Shown here: piece by piece, positions 1-10,972 of the stretch | How positions within the stretch are numbered: the first letter of the stretch is position 1 | How the letters are laid out: each line of letters starts with the position of its first letter | Assembly: GCA_965197925.1 (NCBI GenBank) | Contig: CBDAOC010000019.1 | Location: forward strand, 512,001 to 576,000 | DNA from: Nitrososphaerales archaeon | GTDB taxonomy: Archaea; Thermoproteota; Nitrososphaeria; Nitrososphaerales; UBA213 | Direction: 5' to 3' | Length of the DNA: 64,000 nt | Program-made: the position numbers and the translations under genes | The notes under the pieces: model-generated | Database searches by the model: none | The model's input: only the letters and a program-made list of their open reading frames with translations | Told to the model about the DNA's origin: nothing

Positions 1-639
1 GGCGATTTTCGATTGAGAGAAGTTCAACACCTCGCTGGAGAAAATAGAACCACGACAGTCTATAAAGAGCATAATTGCAAATTTAAGGTTGATATCTCCA
101 AAGTGTATTTTTCCCCCAGGCTATCCACGGAACGTGATAGGATTGCTAATCTTGTTAACGATGACGAAGTTATAATCAACATGTTTGCTGGCATAGGCAC
201 ATTTTCCGTTGTAATAGCAAAGAAGCACAGGTGTAAGATATACAGCATCGATATCAACCCTGATGCATATGCTCTTTGTATTGAAAACATGCGTCTCAAT
301 AGAGTTAATGATTATGTTGTCCCACTGCTTGGAGATACCAGAAAGATAATAGAGGAAGGTATGAGGGATAAGGCGGACAGGGTATTGATGCCATTGCCCG
401 AACAGGCAAAAGATTTCCTCGACTATGCCATTATGGCTGTGAAGAATAAGGGGATAATACATTATTTTACACATTTACATGCTGATTCAAAAAAAGAAGC
501 AATGCAATTTTGTGCGCACGAACTGGTAAAATGTATGAAGATAAAGTACGAATTGCTCACAAGCAGGGTTGTAAGGCAGGTAGGACCAAGATTTTATCAA
601 GTGGTAGTGGATTTGCGAGTAATCAAAAATGGAAATTGA
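1..639 (+). CDS. Trm5/TYW2 (Met-10+-like) SAM-dependent tRNA methyltransferase, 5'-truncated by window edge
   Basis: Frame is open from base 1; motifs YFSPRLSTER, NMFAGIGTF (SAM-binding), DINPDA and DRVLMPLP. Confidence 0.85.
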   Translation, partial: GDFRLREVQHLAGENRTTTVYKEHNCKFKVDISKVYFSPRLSTERDRIANLVNDDEVIINMFAGIGTFSVVIAKKHRCKIYSIDINPDAYALCIENMRLNRVNDYVVPLLGDTRKIIEEGMRDKADRVLMPLPEQAKDFLDYAIMAVKNKGIIHYFTHLHADSKKEAMQFCAHELVKCMKIKYELLTSRVVRQVGPRFYQVVVDLRVIKNGN

Positions 640-658
640 GATAAATACCTAGATTAAA

Positions 659-1174
659 TCATTTGCTTGTTAACTCCATTATTACCTTGATTTTGTCAGT
701 TAGAATGAGGGTTCTTATGTCTTCTATTTCTTTAGCGGTGTCTTCTTTAGGGTTTTTCGCGAACACTTTCACATCATATAGACTCATGTCAAGTTCCCAT
801 AAGGTGATGAAATCATCTAAAGTAAACCTGGTTGGTTTAACATATGCTGAATGAATTCTTGACCATTGTTTGCCCTCCTCTTCAATAATATCATTTTCAT
901 GAGTATGTACTGGTTTTACACAATCTTCATTCCTGCCAACATCAGGTGGTATGGCAAAGGGTCTCCTATCAAGAGTAACATGAAGAAAGGCTTCTTGATT
1001 AAATGAAAGATTATCATCAGTTATGCATCTCGTAAGGGGAGGCGGACCAGAAAGAACCCAGTTAGCACCAAAAGCAACTCCCGTTCCTGCACCACCAAGA
1101 ATAAGTGGAATTAGGATATTCCATTTAGTAAGTTTTTTCTTAGTTTCCTTTTTTGTGGGTCTGTGCTTAACCAT
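659..1174 (-). CDS. Membrane-anchored hypothetical protein
   Basis: 171-aa ORF; basic N-terminus, one TM helix, then a soluble domain with a VHTHE motif. Confidence 0.7.
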   Translation of the reverse strand: MVKHRPTKKETKKKLTKWNILIPLILGGAGTGVAFGANWVLSGPPPLTRCITDDNLSFNQEAFLHVTLDRRPFAIPPDVGRNEDCVKPVHTHENDIIEEEGKQWSRIHSAYVKPTRFTLDDFITLWELDMSLYDVKVFAKNPKEDTAKEIEDIRTLILTDKIKVIMELTSK

Positions 1175-1269
1175 GTATGGCTATAACCAGATCTATAGTT
1201 TTAAGCTTTTTTACACACTAATTTTTTATATATATGAATTTTATATATATGAATTATACAGCAAAACAT

Positions 1270-2016
1270 ATGATGCTCATTCAGATATCGGATATTCATG
1301 TTGGATCACAATTTAAAAAGCAATCTTTCGACAAGGCCGTAGAAGAAGTGAACAACTTGAATCCTGACGCAATTGTAATTACAGGTGATCTAACTGAAAA
1401 TGGAATGCTAAACGAATTTGAGATAGTTAAGGAACAGATCAGAAAAATTAACAACAAGAATATCATTATTCTTAGGGGAAATCATGACTATAGAAATACA
1501 GGGTATTTACTGTTCAAAAAATTCTTTCCATCAAAAACTATACATGAATTTGATGACGTCATGATCATAACACTTGGAACCGCCAGACCTGATAGGGATG
1601 AGGGTGAGCTAGGTTATAGGCAAAATTTATGGCTTTCACGTATACTATCTAAATATTCGGAAAAGACCAAAATTATCGCAATGCATCACCACCTAATCTC
1701 TGTACCCGATACAGGTAGTGATCGAATAATAGTTCTTGATGCAGGTGATGTGTTGCAGAGCGCACTTGCCGCCAAGGTTAACCTCGTGTTATGTGGTCAC
1801 AAGCACAGACCTTGGATGTGGAATCTTGGTCCCCTGAACATTGCATATGCTGGAACAACATCCTCAGAAAGAATGAGGGGGCTTTTTGAAAATACGTATA
1901 ACATAATAACCATTGATAATGGTAAAATCAATGTAGATCTTAAGGTTGTTAATGGAGAGAGGTTACCTCTATATGATTTGGTAAAGAAACATGAAATAAC
2001 GCAAGGTATCGAGTGA
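1270..2016 (+). CDS. Calcineurin-like metallophosphoesterase (Icc/CpdA-like)
   Basis: Motifs SDIH, TGDLT, GNHD, MHHH and GHKH; ATG at 1270 preferred over the AT-rich upstream extension. Confidence 0.88.
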   Translation: MMLIQISDIHVGSQFKKQSFDKAVEEVNNLNPDAIVITGDLTENGMLNEFEIVKEQIRKINNKNIIILRGNHDYRNTGYLLFKKFFPSKTIHEFDDVMIITLGTARPDRDEGELGYRQNLWLSRILSKYSEKTKIIAMHHHLISVPDTGSDRIIVLDAGDVLQSALAAKVNLVLCGHKHRPWMWNLGPLNIAYAGTTSSERMRGLFENTYNIITIDNGKINVDLKVVNGERLPLYDLVKKHEITQGIE

Positions 2017-2096
2017 TTGTTGAACCTTGTTTGAGAGTGAAAGTTAAAATTCTTGTTTCTTGTTGTTTATGATGCGCCGAGGTGCCCAGACATGGA

Positions 2097-2227
2097 GCCG
2101 GGGTTTTGGTATTAGAAGATATGCCAGAATGGAATCTCCTAGCATGGGAGGGAGCAGGCCTGCTAAATTTTGTGCAGAAAGTCTGTGGCCCGTATGGGCC
2201 TCGTGGGTTCGAATCCCACTCCCGGCG
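2097..2227 (+). tRNA. tRNA-Ser(GCT) with two introns (2104-2134 at about position 7/8; 2166-2179 at 37/38)
   Basis: Acceptor GCCGGGG/TCCCGGC, D-stem TCCT/GGGA, anticodon stem CAGGC/GTCTG, long variable arm GGCCC-GTAT-GGGCC, T-arm GTGGG-TTCGAAT-CCCAC, discriminator G. The cloverleaf forms only after both inserts are removed. Confidence 0.9.
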
Positions 2228-2456
2228 CCTATTATGATCGAGGTTGTCAATACTGTAGAACTAGTTAGTAAATCAAACTTATTAAAAAATTCACATGATT
2301 TTAAGGCATATCTTATAAGATCGAAGCTTAGATTATACTCTAATTTGTGAATTGTGTACCGCTAACAAGACAAACATTGTTAATGAGATCATCAGTTCCG
2401 TAGTTTCAAATAAAATATATTCTGAACTTATAATTTCTTACTATAAATTGTATTAT

Positions 2457-3333
2457 CAACTCATCTCAAAACCCTACAATACATCAAAAATGATGCAAGA
2501 TTAACAAATGCCAGGTAGTTTTCTGCCGTTCTTTCATACCTGATTCTTGTTCTGTGAAATCCATTCTTGAGCCATGCAAGGAATCTCTCAACTACAAATC
2601 TTGTCTTGTTGTAATGTTTGCAATCATTATTTTGCAAGATGAACTTGGAATTTATTTTGTATGGGATGCAACATGCAATATTTCTATTCCACAACCACAA
2701 ATACATTCTGATGTATTTTGCATCATTTTGTCTGCATAAACTGGTTCTATCTGTTGTATTGAATCATCATCAAGATAGTCTGAAATTGATCCTGTAACAT
2801 CCATGCATTTTGTACTGTCATGTTCATTTGCTGGACTCAACAGTATGGATATTGGAAATCCGTTACCCTCTACTGCGGCATGTATTTTTGTACCTGTTAT
2901 TCTCTTGAATCCATTATATCCAGTTACATTGCCCCTTTTTTATCAGGAATGGATGAAGAGTCAACTGATATTTGTAGATTAATTTTGCCAGATTTATGTG
3001 CTGAGTGAATAGTACGTGATAGAATCTTTTTCCAGATTCCTTTTTGTTGCCATTTGTTTAACCTTCTGTTTGCAGTAGAATCATCACCATATCTTTTTGG
3101 CATATCGTCCCATCGGCATCCAGTAGTTAGAACATGGATTATTCCGTTAATGATTTTTCTATCATAATCCCTAGGCCTGCCAGTTTTTGCATGTGGTGGT
3201 ATGTGTGATTCCATCATACTCCACTGTTTGTCTGATAATTCTTGGAATTTCATAAAATAATTTTAGATGTCGCTATTCATGGATCTAAATGGTCGCTAAA
3301 AATTGTCTAAATGGTTAGTTTTGAGATGAGTTG
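2457..3333 (-). mobile_element. IS5-family (IS427-like, two-ORF) element 'IS-A', copy 1, defective
   Basis: TIRs CAACTCATCTCAAAAC / GTTTTGAGATGAGTTG; ORF A has GRPR..IING..VLTTGCRW; ORF B is broken by a 4-nt deletion in ADKGYD; flanks TAT/ATT show no duplication. Confidence 0.92.
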
Positions 3334-3723
3334 ATTACCTTGAATCTTCTGTCGAAAGTTGTTCTGTTTGACAATCTATCCAAACCATGTGATTTCATAA
3401 CTCTCCTGTTGTATTGCATGTCTATCGAAAAGTATTCATGTAAAGCATTATTGCTAGGTATTCTTTGCCATACTCTAACGATGAAGCATCTCGCCATTAC
3501 TGTAGAAGAATAGTAGGGATTACCTTTCTTCATAAGAGGTTTTGCCCAAGGAATCAATCCGATTAAACGTTATATGCCAGTCAGTATGAATTTAGATCTT
3601 AATCCTGCTAGAAATTCCTCTGGATATTCATATCAGAGAATCTCCGGGAGGGAGATCCTTAGCATAGTATCTCAACTAGATTTTGCAATGTGGTAAAATG
3701 GATTGGAATTATGCCCAAGGCTC
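3334..3723 (-). mobile_element. 5' remnant of 'IS-B'-type DDE element, cut off by IS-A copy 1
   Basis: Peptide YYSSTVMARCFIVRVW..NNALHEYFSIDM..TFDRRFKV matches the transposase at 51583-52562; terminal GAGCCTTGGGCATAATT resembles the IS-B TIR. Confidence 0.82.
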
Positions 3724-3860
3724 AAATAATTAGGTCGTAAATTTGGATCTCTTGATCAATCAAATTGGTAGTGCCTAAGATAGAATATTATAAGTTATGT
3801 AAGTAGAAATTAATTCAATCTCAATAATTATTTATCGTTCGGCATTGCAAGAGTGGTATA

Positions 3861-4322
3861 ATGAAATGGAGTCTAGATCAAGAGGAGTATTACTACAAGG
3901 TGTATGATGAGGAAAATCAACTCGCCGGCTTCTTTCAACCAGACTTTGGTGAGATTCGTCCTTCAGGGAAGGAGGAAGAAATCATACAACAGATGATCAA
4001 GGAACAAGTCCATGTTTATGGCGGAATGTTATATGTTCCTTTATTGAAATTGAATTTGCTTGCTGCAGATTATGATTATGATTTGGACCACGTGATTTCA
4101 AATCTAGACGCATCTATAGGAAGGACGGAAAAATGGAAAGAGTGTATAGCTAGAATTCCATCGATAGTGTTTGCTAGGGCAAGAAAATCCCATACCGATC
4201 ATGACATGTTGAGCGTTCTATTGGGAATAAAATTTGCAGGACCTGTTAAACTTAACAAAGGAGCCCTACTTGACGCAATAAAACTTATCTTGGATAAATT
4301 ACATCACGAGAAACTTCTTTAG
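3861..4322 (+). CDS. Hypothetical protein
   Basis: 153-aa ATG ORF with normal composition; no recognised motif. Confidence 0.7.
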   Translation: MKWSLDQEEYYYKVYDEENQLAGFFQPDFGEIRPSGKEEEIIQQMIKEQVHVYGGMLYVPLLKLNLLAADYDYDLDHVISNLDASIGRTEKWKECIARIPSIVFARARKSHTDHDMLSVLLGIKFAGPVKLNKGALLDAIKLILDKLHHEKLL

Positions 4323-4362
4323 AAATTTCATTTATCCTAGATTTATTAGAATAATAATGATA

Positions 4363-5363
4363 TGCTGTCTCAAATAATAAACCAGAAGTTCGTGAATATT
4401 TGATAGATTGAGATTTTGATCAATTATTATCATTAAGATACATGCCTGATAGTAACTGGAATGTGGTACAATGAAGCATAGGTTAGAAAGGGAGAGATAC
4501 TTCTTGATATGGATTTTATAGATTCATGGCCTGGCGAATTAGCAAGAATGAATGAAGGTAAGGCAGGTAAGTCATTTGTGTATCTAGAATCATTCCTAAT
4601 GATGTCTTTCTGTTGTGCACGCTTACCTGCTGCTATAAAACCATTAGAAGTATTCACAAGGATATTAATCAAACATGTTGACGGTTTGGATGCACCCTAC
4701 CATGCAAACATAGTATAGATGGTAGCGAAAATGGATGTTAAGATTGACACGCAGATCAAGAATGATGATGTTGTTATTGTAATAGCTGCAGATTCCTCTG
4801 GCATAAAGGTAGCAAACGGGGGAGAATGGATAAGGAAGAAGGGTATGTAAGGGGATTCATCAATATGCCTCTAGCTGTGGGTAAGGAAAGAAAAGAGATA
4901 GTTGCAACGGGGGTAACTAAGGAGCATGTACATGGCGGCAAGAAGATCATACCTATGATAAAAGGAGTGTTGGAGAAAGATAATGTGAACAAGGTGATAG
5001 CAGATGGACCTTATGATTCTAGAAGGAACTTCAGGTTTCTATCAAATAGCAACATTGAATCAGTGAAAGGTGAAAAAGAACACATGTATAAAAGCAAGGA
5101 GGTCTACACCAAGGAAGCTATCAGGAATAGACCAGAAGGAGGATCTTGATGCATGGAAGAAGAATCATGAATATGAACACAGAGGGGTTGCAGAATCTGT
5201 ATTCTCTGCATTCAAGCGTATCTTTCGGGAACATGCAAAGGCAGTCAAATGGAAAAATATGGTAAAGGAACTAATTCTAAAAGCATCCATATACAAGGTG
5301 TCCGGTGTAATGAATCCAAAAAGGTTTGGATAACTGCTATAATATAGTAATTTTGATACAGCA
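4363..5363 (+). mobile_element. Degenerate IS5-family (IS903/ISH1-like) element 'IS-C' with transposase pseudogene
   Basis: TIRs TGCTGTCTCAAA / TTTGATACAGCA; 8-bp direct repeat TAATGATA at 4355-4362 and 5364-5371; fragments AADSSGIKV, IADGPYDS and AESVFSAFKRIF are separated by stops and frameshifts. Confidence 0.85.
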
Positions 5364-5425
5364 TAATGATACAAAAATTTATATCTAGATCATTTACTTA
5401 AGTGTCAGGGTAGAAAATTCCATTA

Positions 5426-6574
5426 ATGCGATCAAAGTACGATGGATATAAAGCGAAACTCGTACTTGAAGATGGAACAGTGTTCAAAGGAATAGGCTTT
5501 GGCTTTCCAAGCAAGATAGTAGGTGAGATTGTCTTCAATACCGGTATGGTAGGTTATACAGAAACTCTTACGGACCCCTCATATAGGGGTCAAACATTGT
5601 GCTTAACATATCCTTTAATTGGGAATTATGGGGTTCCTAGCTACAGTATAAAGGACGATCTAGGCATGCCGAAATACTTTGAGGCAGAACAAATACAACC
5701 GAAAGGACTTGTAATACATGAATTATCAGCCTTAGCTAGTCATTGGGCCTTAGAACGGACTTTGGATCAGTGGTTATATGACGAGAGGGTACCTGGTATA
5801 TATGGATTAGATACGAGGGAATTGACGAAACGGATCAGGGTAAAGGGGGTGATGATGAGTGCTATGGAGGTGTCCAGTAGTAATATTAGTGATGAATCGT
5901 TGCTCAACTCACTTAAAGAAAGTGAAAGATATGACGATATAAACTTCGTACAAGAAGTATCAACAAAATCTTCCCAAACTTATGGAGAAGGTGACCAATG
6001 TGTGGTGTTGATTGATAATGGAACGAAGTACAGTATAATTCGCCAATTACTTCGAATAGGATACAAAGTTGTCCGATTGCCCTATACAGCGAATATAGAA
6101 CAAGTACTGACATACAACCCTAAAGGACTAGTGTTAAGTAACGGCCCAGGAGACCCAAAATATTGCTATGAAACAATAAAACTTTCAAGGGATTTACTTA
6201 AGCGCGAAATTCCGACTCTTGGTATTTGCTTAGGGAATCAGATACTTGCGCTAGCATCAGGAGCAGATACCTACAAATTGAAATATGGACATCGTGGACA
6301 AAATAAACCCTGTGTAGATATGCGCAATGGAGGTTCATACGTAACAAGTCAGAATCACGGGTACTGTATAGATCCTGATACATTAAAAGGAACAGGGTTC
6401 GAGCTATGGTTCAAGAACGCTGATGATAATACCGTTGAAGGAATAATTCATCAAGAGAAAAGCTTCATTGCCGTTCAATTTCATCCTGAAGCTTCCCCAG
6501 GTCCCTATGATTGCATGTTCATCTTTAATATGTTAGATAAAATGATAAGAGGTGAGAAAATTGACAAAGCATGA
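5426..6574 (+). CDS. carA: Carbamoyl-phosphate synthase small subunit
   Basis: Motifs GEIVFNTGMVGY, SNGPGDP, GICLGNQ and QFHPEA. Confidence 0.97.
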   Translation: MRSKYDGYKAKLVLEDGTVFKGIGFGFPSKIVGEIVFNTGMVGYTETLTDPSYRGQTLCLTYPLIGNYGVPSYSIKDDLGMPKYFEAEQIQPKGLVIHELSALASHWALERTLDQWLYDERVPGIYGLDTRELTKRIRVKGVMMSAMEVSSSNISDESLLNSLKESERYDDINFVQEVSTKSSQTYGEGDQCVVLIDNGTKYSIIRQLLRIGYKVVRLPYTANIEQVLTYNPKGLVLSNGPGDPKYCYETIKLSRDLLKREIPTLGICLGNQILALASGADTYKLKYGHRGQNKPCVDMRNGGSYVTSQNHGYCIDPDTLKGTGFELWFKNADDNTVEGIIHQEKSFIAVQFHPEASPGPYDCMFIFNMLDKMIRGEKIDKA

Positions 6575-9500
6575 ATGGATAAAGAAAGTACTTGTTTTGG
6601 GTAGTGGCGCAATAAAGATCGGAGAGGCAGGCGAAAGTCTGTAATCAGACCGTCAATTCGACTACTCCGGTAGCCAATGCCTAAAGGCGCTTAAGGAAGA
6701 AGGTGTGGAGAGCATTCTGATCAATCCTAATATAGCCACTATACAGACTGATACAAGATTAGCCGACAAGGTTTACCTTCTTCCTATAAATCCCGTATTC
6801 GTTGAAAAGGTAATACAGCAAGAAAAACCAGATGCTATAATGCTAAGCTTTGGGGGGCAAACTGCACTTAACTGTGGGATTGAATTGACCAAAGAGGGAA
6901 TCCTTGAGAAGTATGATGTTAAGGTTTTGGGAACACCTATAGAAGGAATAGAACTTACAGAAAATAGAAAATTCTTCAAGGAAACTATGCTTAATAATGA
7001 TATTCCCGTTCTCCGTAGTGAAGCGGTCAACAGCATACAAGAAGCCATCAAGGTGGTAAATGGTCTAGGTTACCCTGTAATGATAAGAGTTGCATACACT
7101 CTAGGTGGAAAGGGGGGTGGTGTTGCCTATAACGAGTATGAACTTCATGAAATAGTTCAGCGAGGGTTGGCATCAAGTATTGTTCATCAAGTGTTGATAG
7201 AAGAATATGTCGGGGATTGGAAGCAGATAGAATATGAAGTGAAACGTGATCATCAGGGAAATAGCGTTATAGTCTGTAATATGGAAAACATACTATGTAT
7301 GAAGGTTCATACAGGAGATAATATTGTCGTAGCGCCTTCACAAACCTTGAACAATGATGAATACCATATCCTTAGATCTGCAGCACTTAGAGCAGCGAAG
7401 TCATGTAAGATAATTGGTGAATGCAATGTACAATTCGCATTATCACCAACTTCAGAGCAGTACTATGTAATAGAGATTAATGCTCGTCTGTCTAGATCAT
7501 CTGCTTTAGCGTCTAAAGCAACAGGATATCCACTTGCGTATATGTCGGCCAAGATACAACTTGGCTATACATTACCAGAACTGCTGAATCAGATCACGAA
7601 GGTCACTACCGCCTGCTTTGAACCCTCATTAGATTATTTGGTAGTAAAATTCCCGCGATGGGATTTTAAGAAGTTCGAGTTGGTTAATAAAAAAATCAAC
7701 ACACAAATGAAATCAGTAGGAGAGGTGATGGCGATCGGAAGAAGCTTTGAAGAGGCTATTCATAAGGCAGTTAGAATGTTAGATATAGGACATGATAGTT
7801 TATCGCTAAACAGCATTGCAGATTTGCAGGTCGAGGAACTTGAAGAGAAATTATTTAATCCAGACGATGAAATAATATTCACAGTAGTAGAAGCTTTAAG
7901 GAAGGGCCTTACGATAGAAAGGATAAGTAAAGTTTCGTCAATTGATCCTTGGTTTATTGCAAAACTTTCTAAAATAACAGAAATGGAAAAAAAGATGATT
8001 GAATCAGAAATTAACCCTGAACTGATCTATGAGGCTAAACGGTTGGGTTTTTCTGACAAGCGGATCGGAGAATGTATTGGCATGGATGAACCCAAAGTAA
8101 GGCAGTTTAGGAAAGAGGCTAACATTATACCCGTCGTGAAGCAGATCGATACATTGGCTGCAGAGTGGCCGGCAAAGACAAATTATCTATACCTAACTTA
8201 TGGCGGAGATACTGATGATCTTGTTCTAGAGAGAAATCACGATAGCAGAATGATCGTTCTTGGAGCTGGCCCTTATAGGATTGGTAGCAGTGTGGAGTTC
8301 GACTGGGGTACAGTTAACATGGTATGGGGTTTGAAGGACAATGGGGTGAATGAAGTATCTGTGATTAATTGCAACCCTGAAACTGTATCTACAGATTATG
8401 ATATATGTGACAGACTATACTTTGAGGAACTTACACTGGAACGTGTATTGGATATTTACGAAAAAGAAAAAGCTGATGGAGTAATCACATGTGTAGGAGG
8501 TCAGGCGGCTAACAATTTAATTCCAAAACTGGCCACCAATAAAGTAAAAATTATTGGTACTAGTAGTGAAGATGTAGATACGGCCGAAGATAGATCTAAA
8601 TTCAGTAAGTTACTTGATCAGTTGAATATCAACCAGCCATCTTGGCAAAAATTTGCAAACTTTGATGAAGCGAAGGAATTTGCGCAAGATGTTCAATATC
8701 CAATTTTAGTAAGACCATCTTATGTACTAAGTGGGGCAGCAATGAAGGTAGTATGGGATGAGAAGCAACTTAATCATTATCTTACTGAAGCATCTAATAT
8801 CAGTCCTGAATATCCTGTGGTAATAAGCAAGTTCATATCGGACGCTTTGGAAGTTGAAGTTGATGCTGTTTCAGATGGCAATCAAGTAGTAATTGGTTCA
8901 ATGATTGAACATATTGAACCCGCCGGTATTCATTCTGGCGACGCCATGATGGTTATTCCCCCTTGGCGTTTAACAAGGAAGATAATGGAAACAATATTAG
9001 ATTATTCAGAAAGAATAGCACAAGCATTAAAGATAAAAGGTCCTTTTAATTTACAATACTTAGTAAAAAATGATGAAGTATATGTTATTGAATGTAATGT
9101 TAGGGCATCTCGCTCAATGCCCTTTGTATCAAAGTTCGTAGGTTTGAACTTGATTTTGCTTTCAGCAAAGGTGATGGTTGGTAAAACTCTTCCCAAGGAA
9201 GCAGATTTGGCATGGTTGCATACTAAAGGGTTTGGGATCAAGGTTCCGCAATTCTCATTCATGCAGCTAGAAGGTGCCGACATCGTGCTCGGTGTAGAGA
9301 TGCAGTCTACCGGAGAGGTTGCATGTTTTGGCAACACTTTCTACGATGCACTTTCAAAAGCATTGATCGCATCTGGCTATTCTTTGCCAACAACAGGTGC
9401 GGCATTAATCACAGTTGGGGGCTCAGTAATGAAGGACAGGATACTCCCAATGGTTTCCATCCTTAAATCTATGGGATTCAACATATTTGCAACTGAACAC

Positions 9501-9827
9501 ACGGCCAAATTTCTAATAGAAAAGGGATTCAGAGACACAAAAATTGTATACAAGATCAGGGAACCAGATAGGAGCCCAAATATAGTTAAGCTACTTTACA
9601 ACAGAGAAATAGATTTCATAATAAACATCCCAAACACATCTACTGTTGAAAAATATGTAGGAATGATCTATGATGAATATCAAATAAGAAGAAAGGCTGT
9701 TGAGATGGGATTACCTGTTCTTACAACGTTCGAATCCGCAAATTCTTTTATAAAAACGCTTGAATGGCTTCGCAGCAACGAATCTAGTATAAACGTTCTG
9801 AAAAATTATATGCATTCTCAGACTTAG
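6561..9827 (+). CDS. carB: Carbamoyl-phosphate synthase large subunit, join(6561..6635,6657..9827), 1081 aa after removal of a 21-nt BHB intron
   Basis: TTG start after SD-like GAGGTGA and overlapping carA. Exon 1 encodes KKVLVLGSGAIKIGEAGE and exon 2 starts FDYSGSQCLKALKEEG, followed by two ATP-grasp domains and an MGS-like domain. The ORF track starts too late (6705) because of the intronic TAA. Confidence 0.95.
6636..6656 (+). other. Candidate bulge-helix-bulge mRNA intron in carB (AGTCTGTAATCAGACCGTCAA)
   Basis: GGCG/CGTC 4-bp central helix, AAA and AAT bulges, GTCTG/CAGAC intron hairpin, in-frame TAA at 6642-6644. Cutting after the second base of each bulge gives GGC GAA TTC GAC (GEFD). 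Confidence 0.85.
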
Positions 9828-10586
9828 TTATATGACTTGTTCCAGCAAAGATTCGTTACCAACAATAGAACCATCAAGCATCATAACAATCGCGTTCTCG
9901 ACATTTTCTTTAATTTTCTTTATTATAGGGGATACTGATTTTTTATAGTGGGTTCCTTGCATAGAGGAAAAGAAATATTTGTTGAAGCTAGGCATAACTA
10001 CAATATCCATAATTCCTCTGGTATTGCTGAACAGAATTTGTCTATCTACTTTCATATATACCCATACCCTCTGTCCACTTACCGTGCTCCCATCCCTAAG
10101 AAATATGGGATGAACATGCCCCATGATAAGGTGATTTACGCTTGAAACTGTCCTACTTGGCATCGCATGCCCATGGACTAATACGGTGTCCTCTAACATC
10201 ATTCCCTTGCTACTCATCATTCTGATGTTAAATGGGGCAAGATGCCTAATATTACCATCATGGTTACCGGGCACGAGGAACACATTGGTTATCTTTGACA
10301 ATTGTTGCAAAAAATCAGGTATGTTTTTCCACTCCGATTTGGTTATCGTATGCACGCTGCTTTTGATATCTCCAAGCAGAATTATTACATCGGGTCCCTC
10401 TTTTTTTATTATGGAGAATAACTCATATATCATTTCTTCAACATACTCTCCAGAATTGATCTGGATACCTCGAGCATTTAACTTGCTTTCAAATCCTATA
10501 TGCAGATCAGATATAACCAAATATTTCTGGTCTGTCTCAATTAGGAGAGCAGGATGTGGGTGCATCATTTTGATTTTTGTCATCAA
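9828..10586 (-). CDS. Archaeal ICC-like metallophosphoesterase
   Basis: Motifs SDLHIGFE, LGDIK, GNHDG, HGH, MGHVHP and MPSFN. Confidence 0.88.
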   Translation of the reverse strand: MMTKIKMMHPHPALLIETDQKYLVISDLHIGFESKLNARGIQINSGEYVEEMIYELFSIIKKEGPDVIILLGDIKSSVHTITKSEWKNIPDFLQQLSKITNVFLVPGNHDGNIRHLAPFNIRMMSSKGMMLEDTVLVHGHAMPSRTVSSVNHLIMGHVHPIFLRDGSTVSGQRVWVYMKVDRQILFSNTRGIMDIVVMPSFNKYFFSSMQGTHYKKSVSPIIKKIKENVENAIVMMLDGSIVGNESLLEQVI

Positions 10587-10972
10587 GGTAATTGGATAAC
10601 AGGGAGATAAAGCCGTTATGCAAGACAGAAAGTTGTAAAGAGCGAAACAAGGCCTCCATCGGAATGAGTCACATATTACACTTATTCACGCCCGGTGAGG
10701 AGATATGGCATTCTGTAGGGTGGGATGATGAATTTGGGATAGATCCTAAAGGTAATTCATTTATCTATTTTGAGAATAGTATTTTCACATTTCAAGAGCG
10801 AATCAGAGATCTTTTCATCCACGAATAATTCCATTGTAGTATAAAAGAAGTAAAAAGATTGAGAACATTTTACCCTTAATAATCTACTTTCCTTAGTGGA
10901 CTAATGAACTATATTTTCTTGCAAGCTACAACAGAAGTAATATTTTTATCTCCATCAAACTTTTCATTATTC

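Noticed and set aside
2076..2096. GCCGAGGTGCCCAGA as the tRNA-Ser 5' end
   Set aside because: It gives an A-C mismatch in the acceptor stem and no consistent BHB; GCCGGGG at 2097 pairs fully and lies a suitable distance from the TTTATG box near 2066.
6633..6642. 10-nt match GAAAGTCTGT between the carB intron 5' junction and the tRNA-Ser 3' splice junction
   Set aside because: Too short to distinguish from chance, and the positions are not equivalent within the two introns.
6636..6656. carB as a nonsense pseudogene, or a true start at GTG 6705
   Set aside because: A 6705 start would drop the conserved GSG..IG..EFDYSG segment, the rest of the gene is intact, and the insert's BHB geometry restores the motif exactly.
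10592..10828. 78-aa ORF between the phosphoesterase and bcp
   Set aside because: It starts 5 nt from a divergent gene and has no recognisable motif; a shorter version may be real but cannot be supported.
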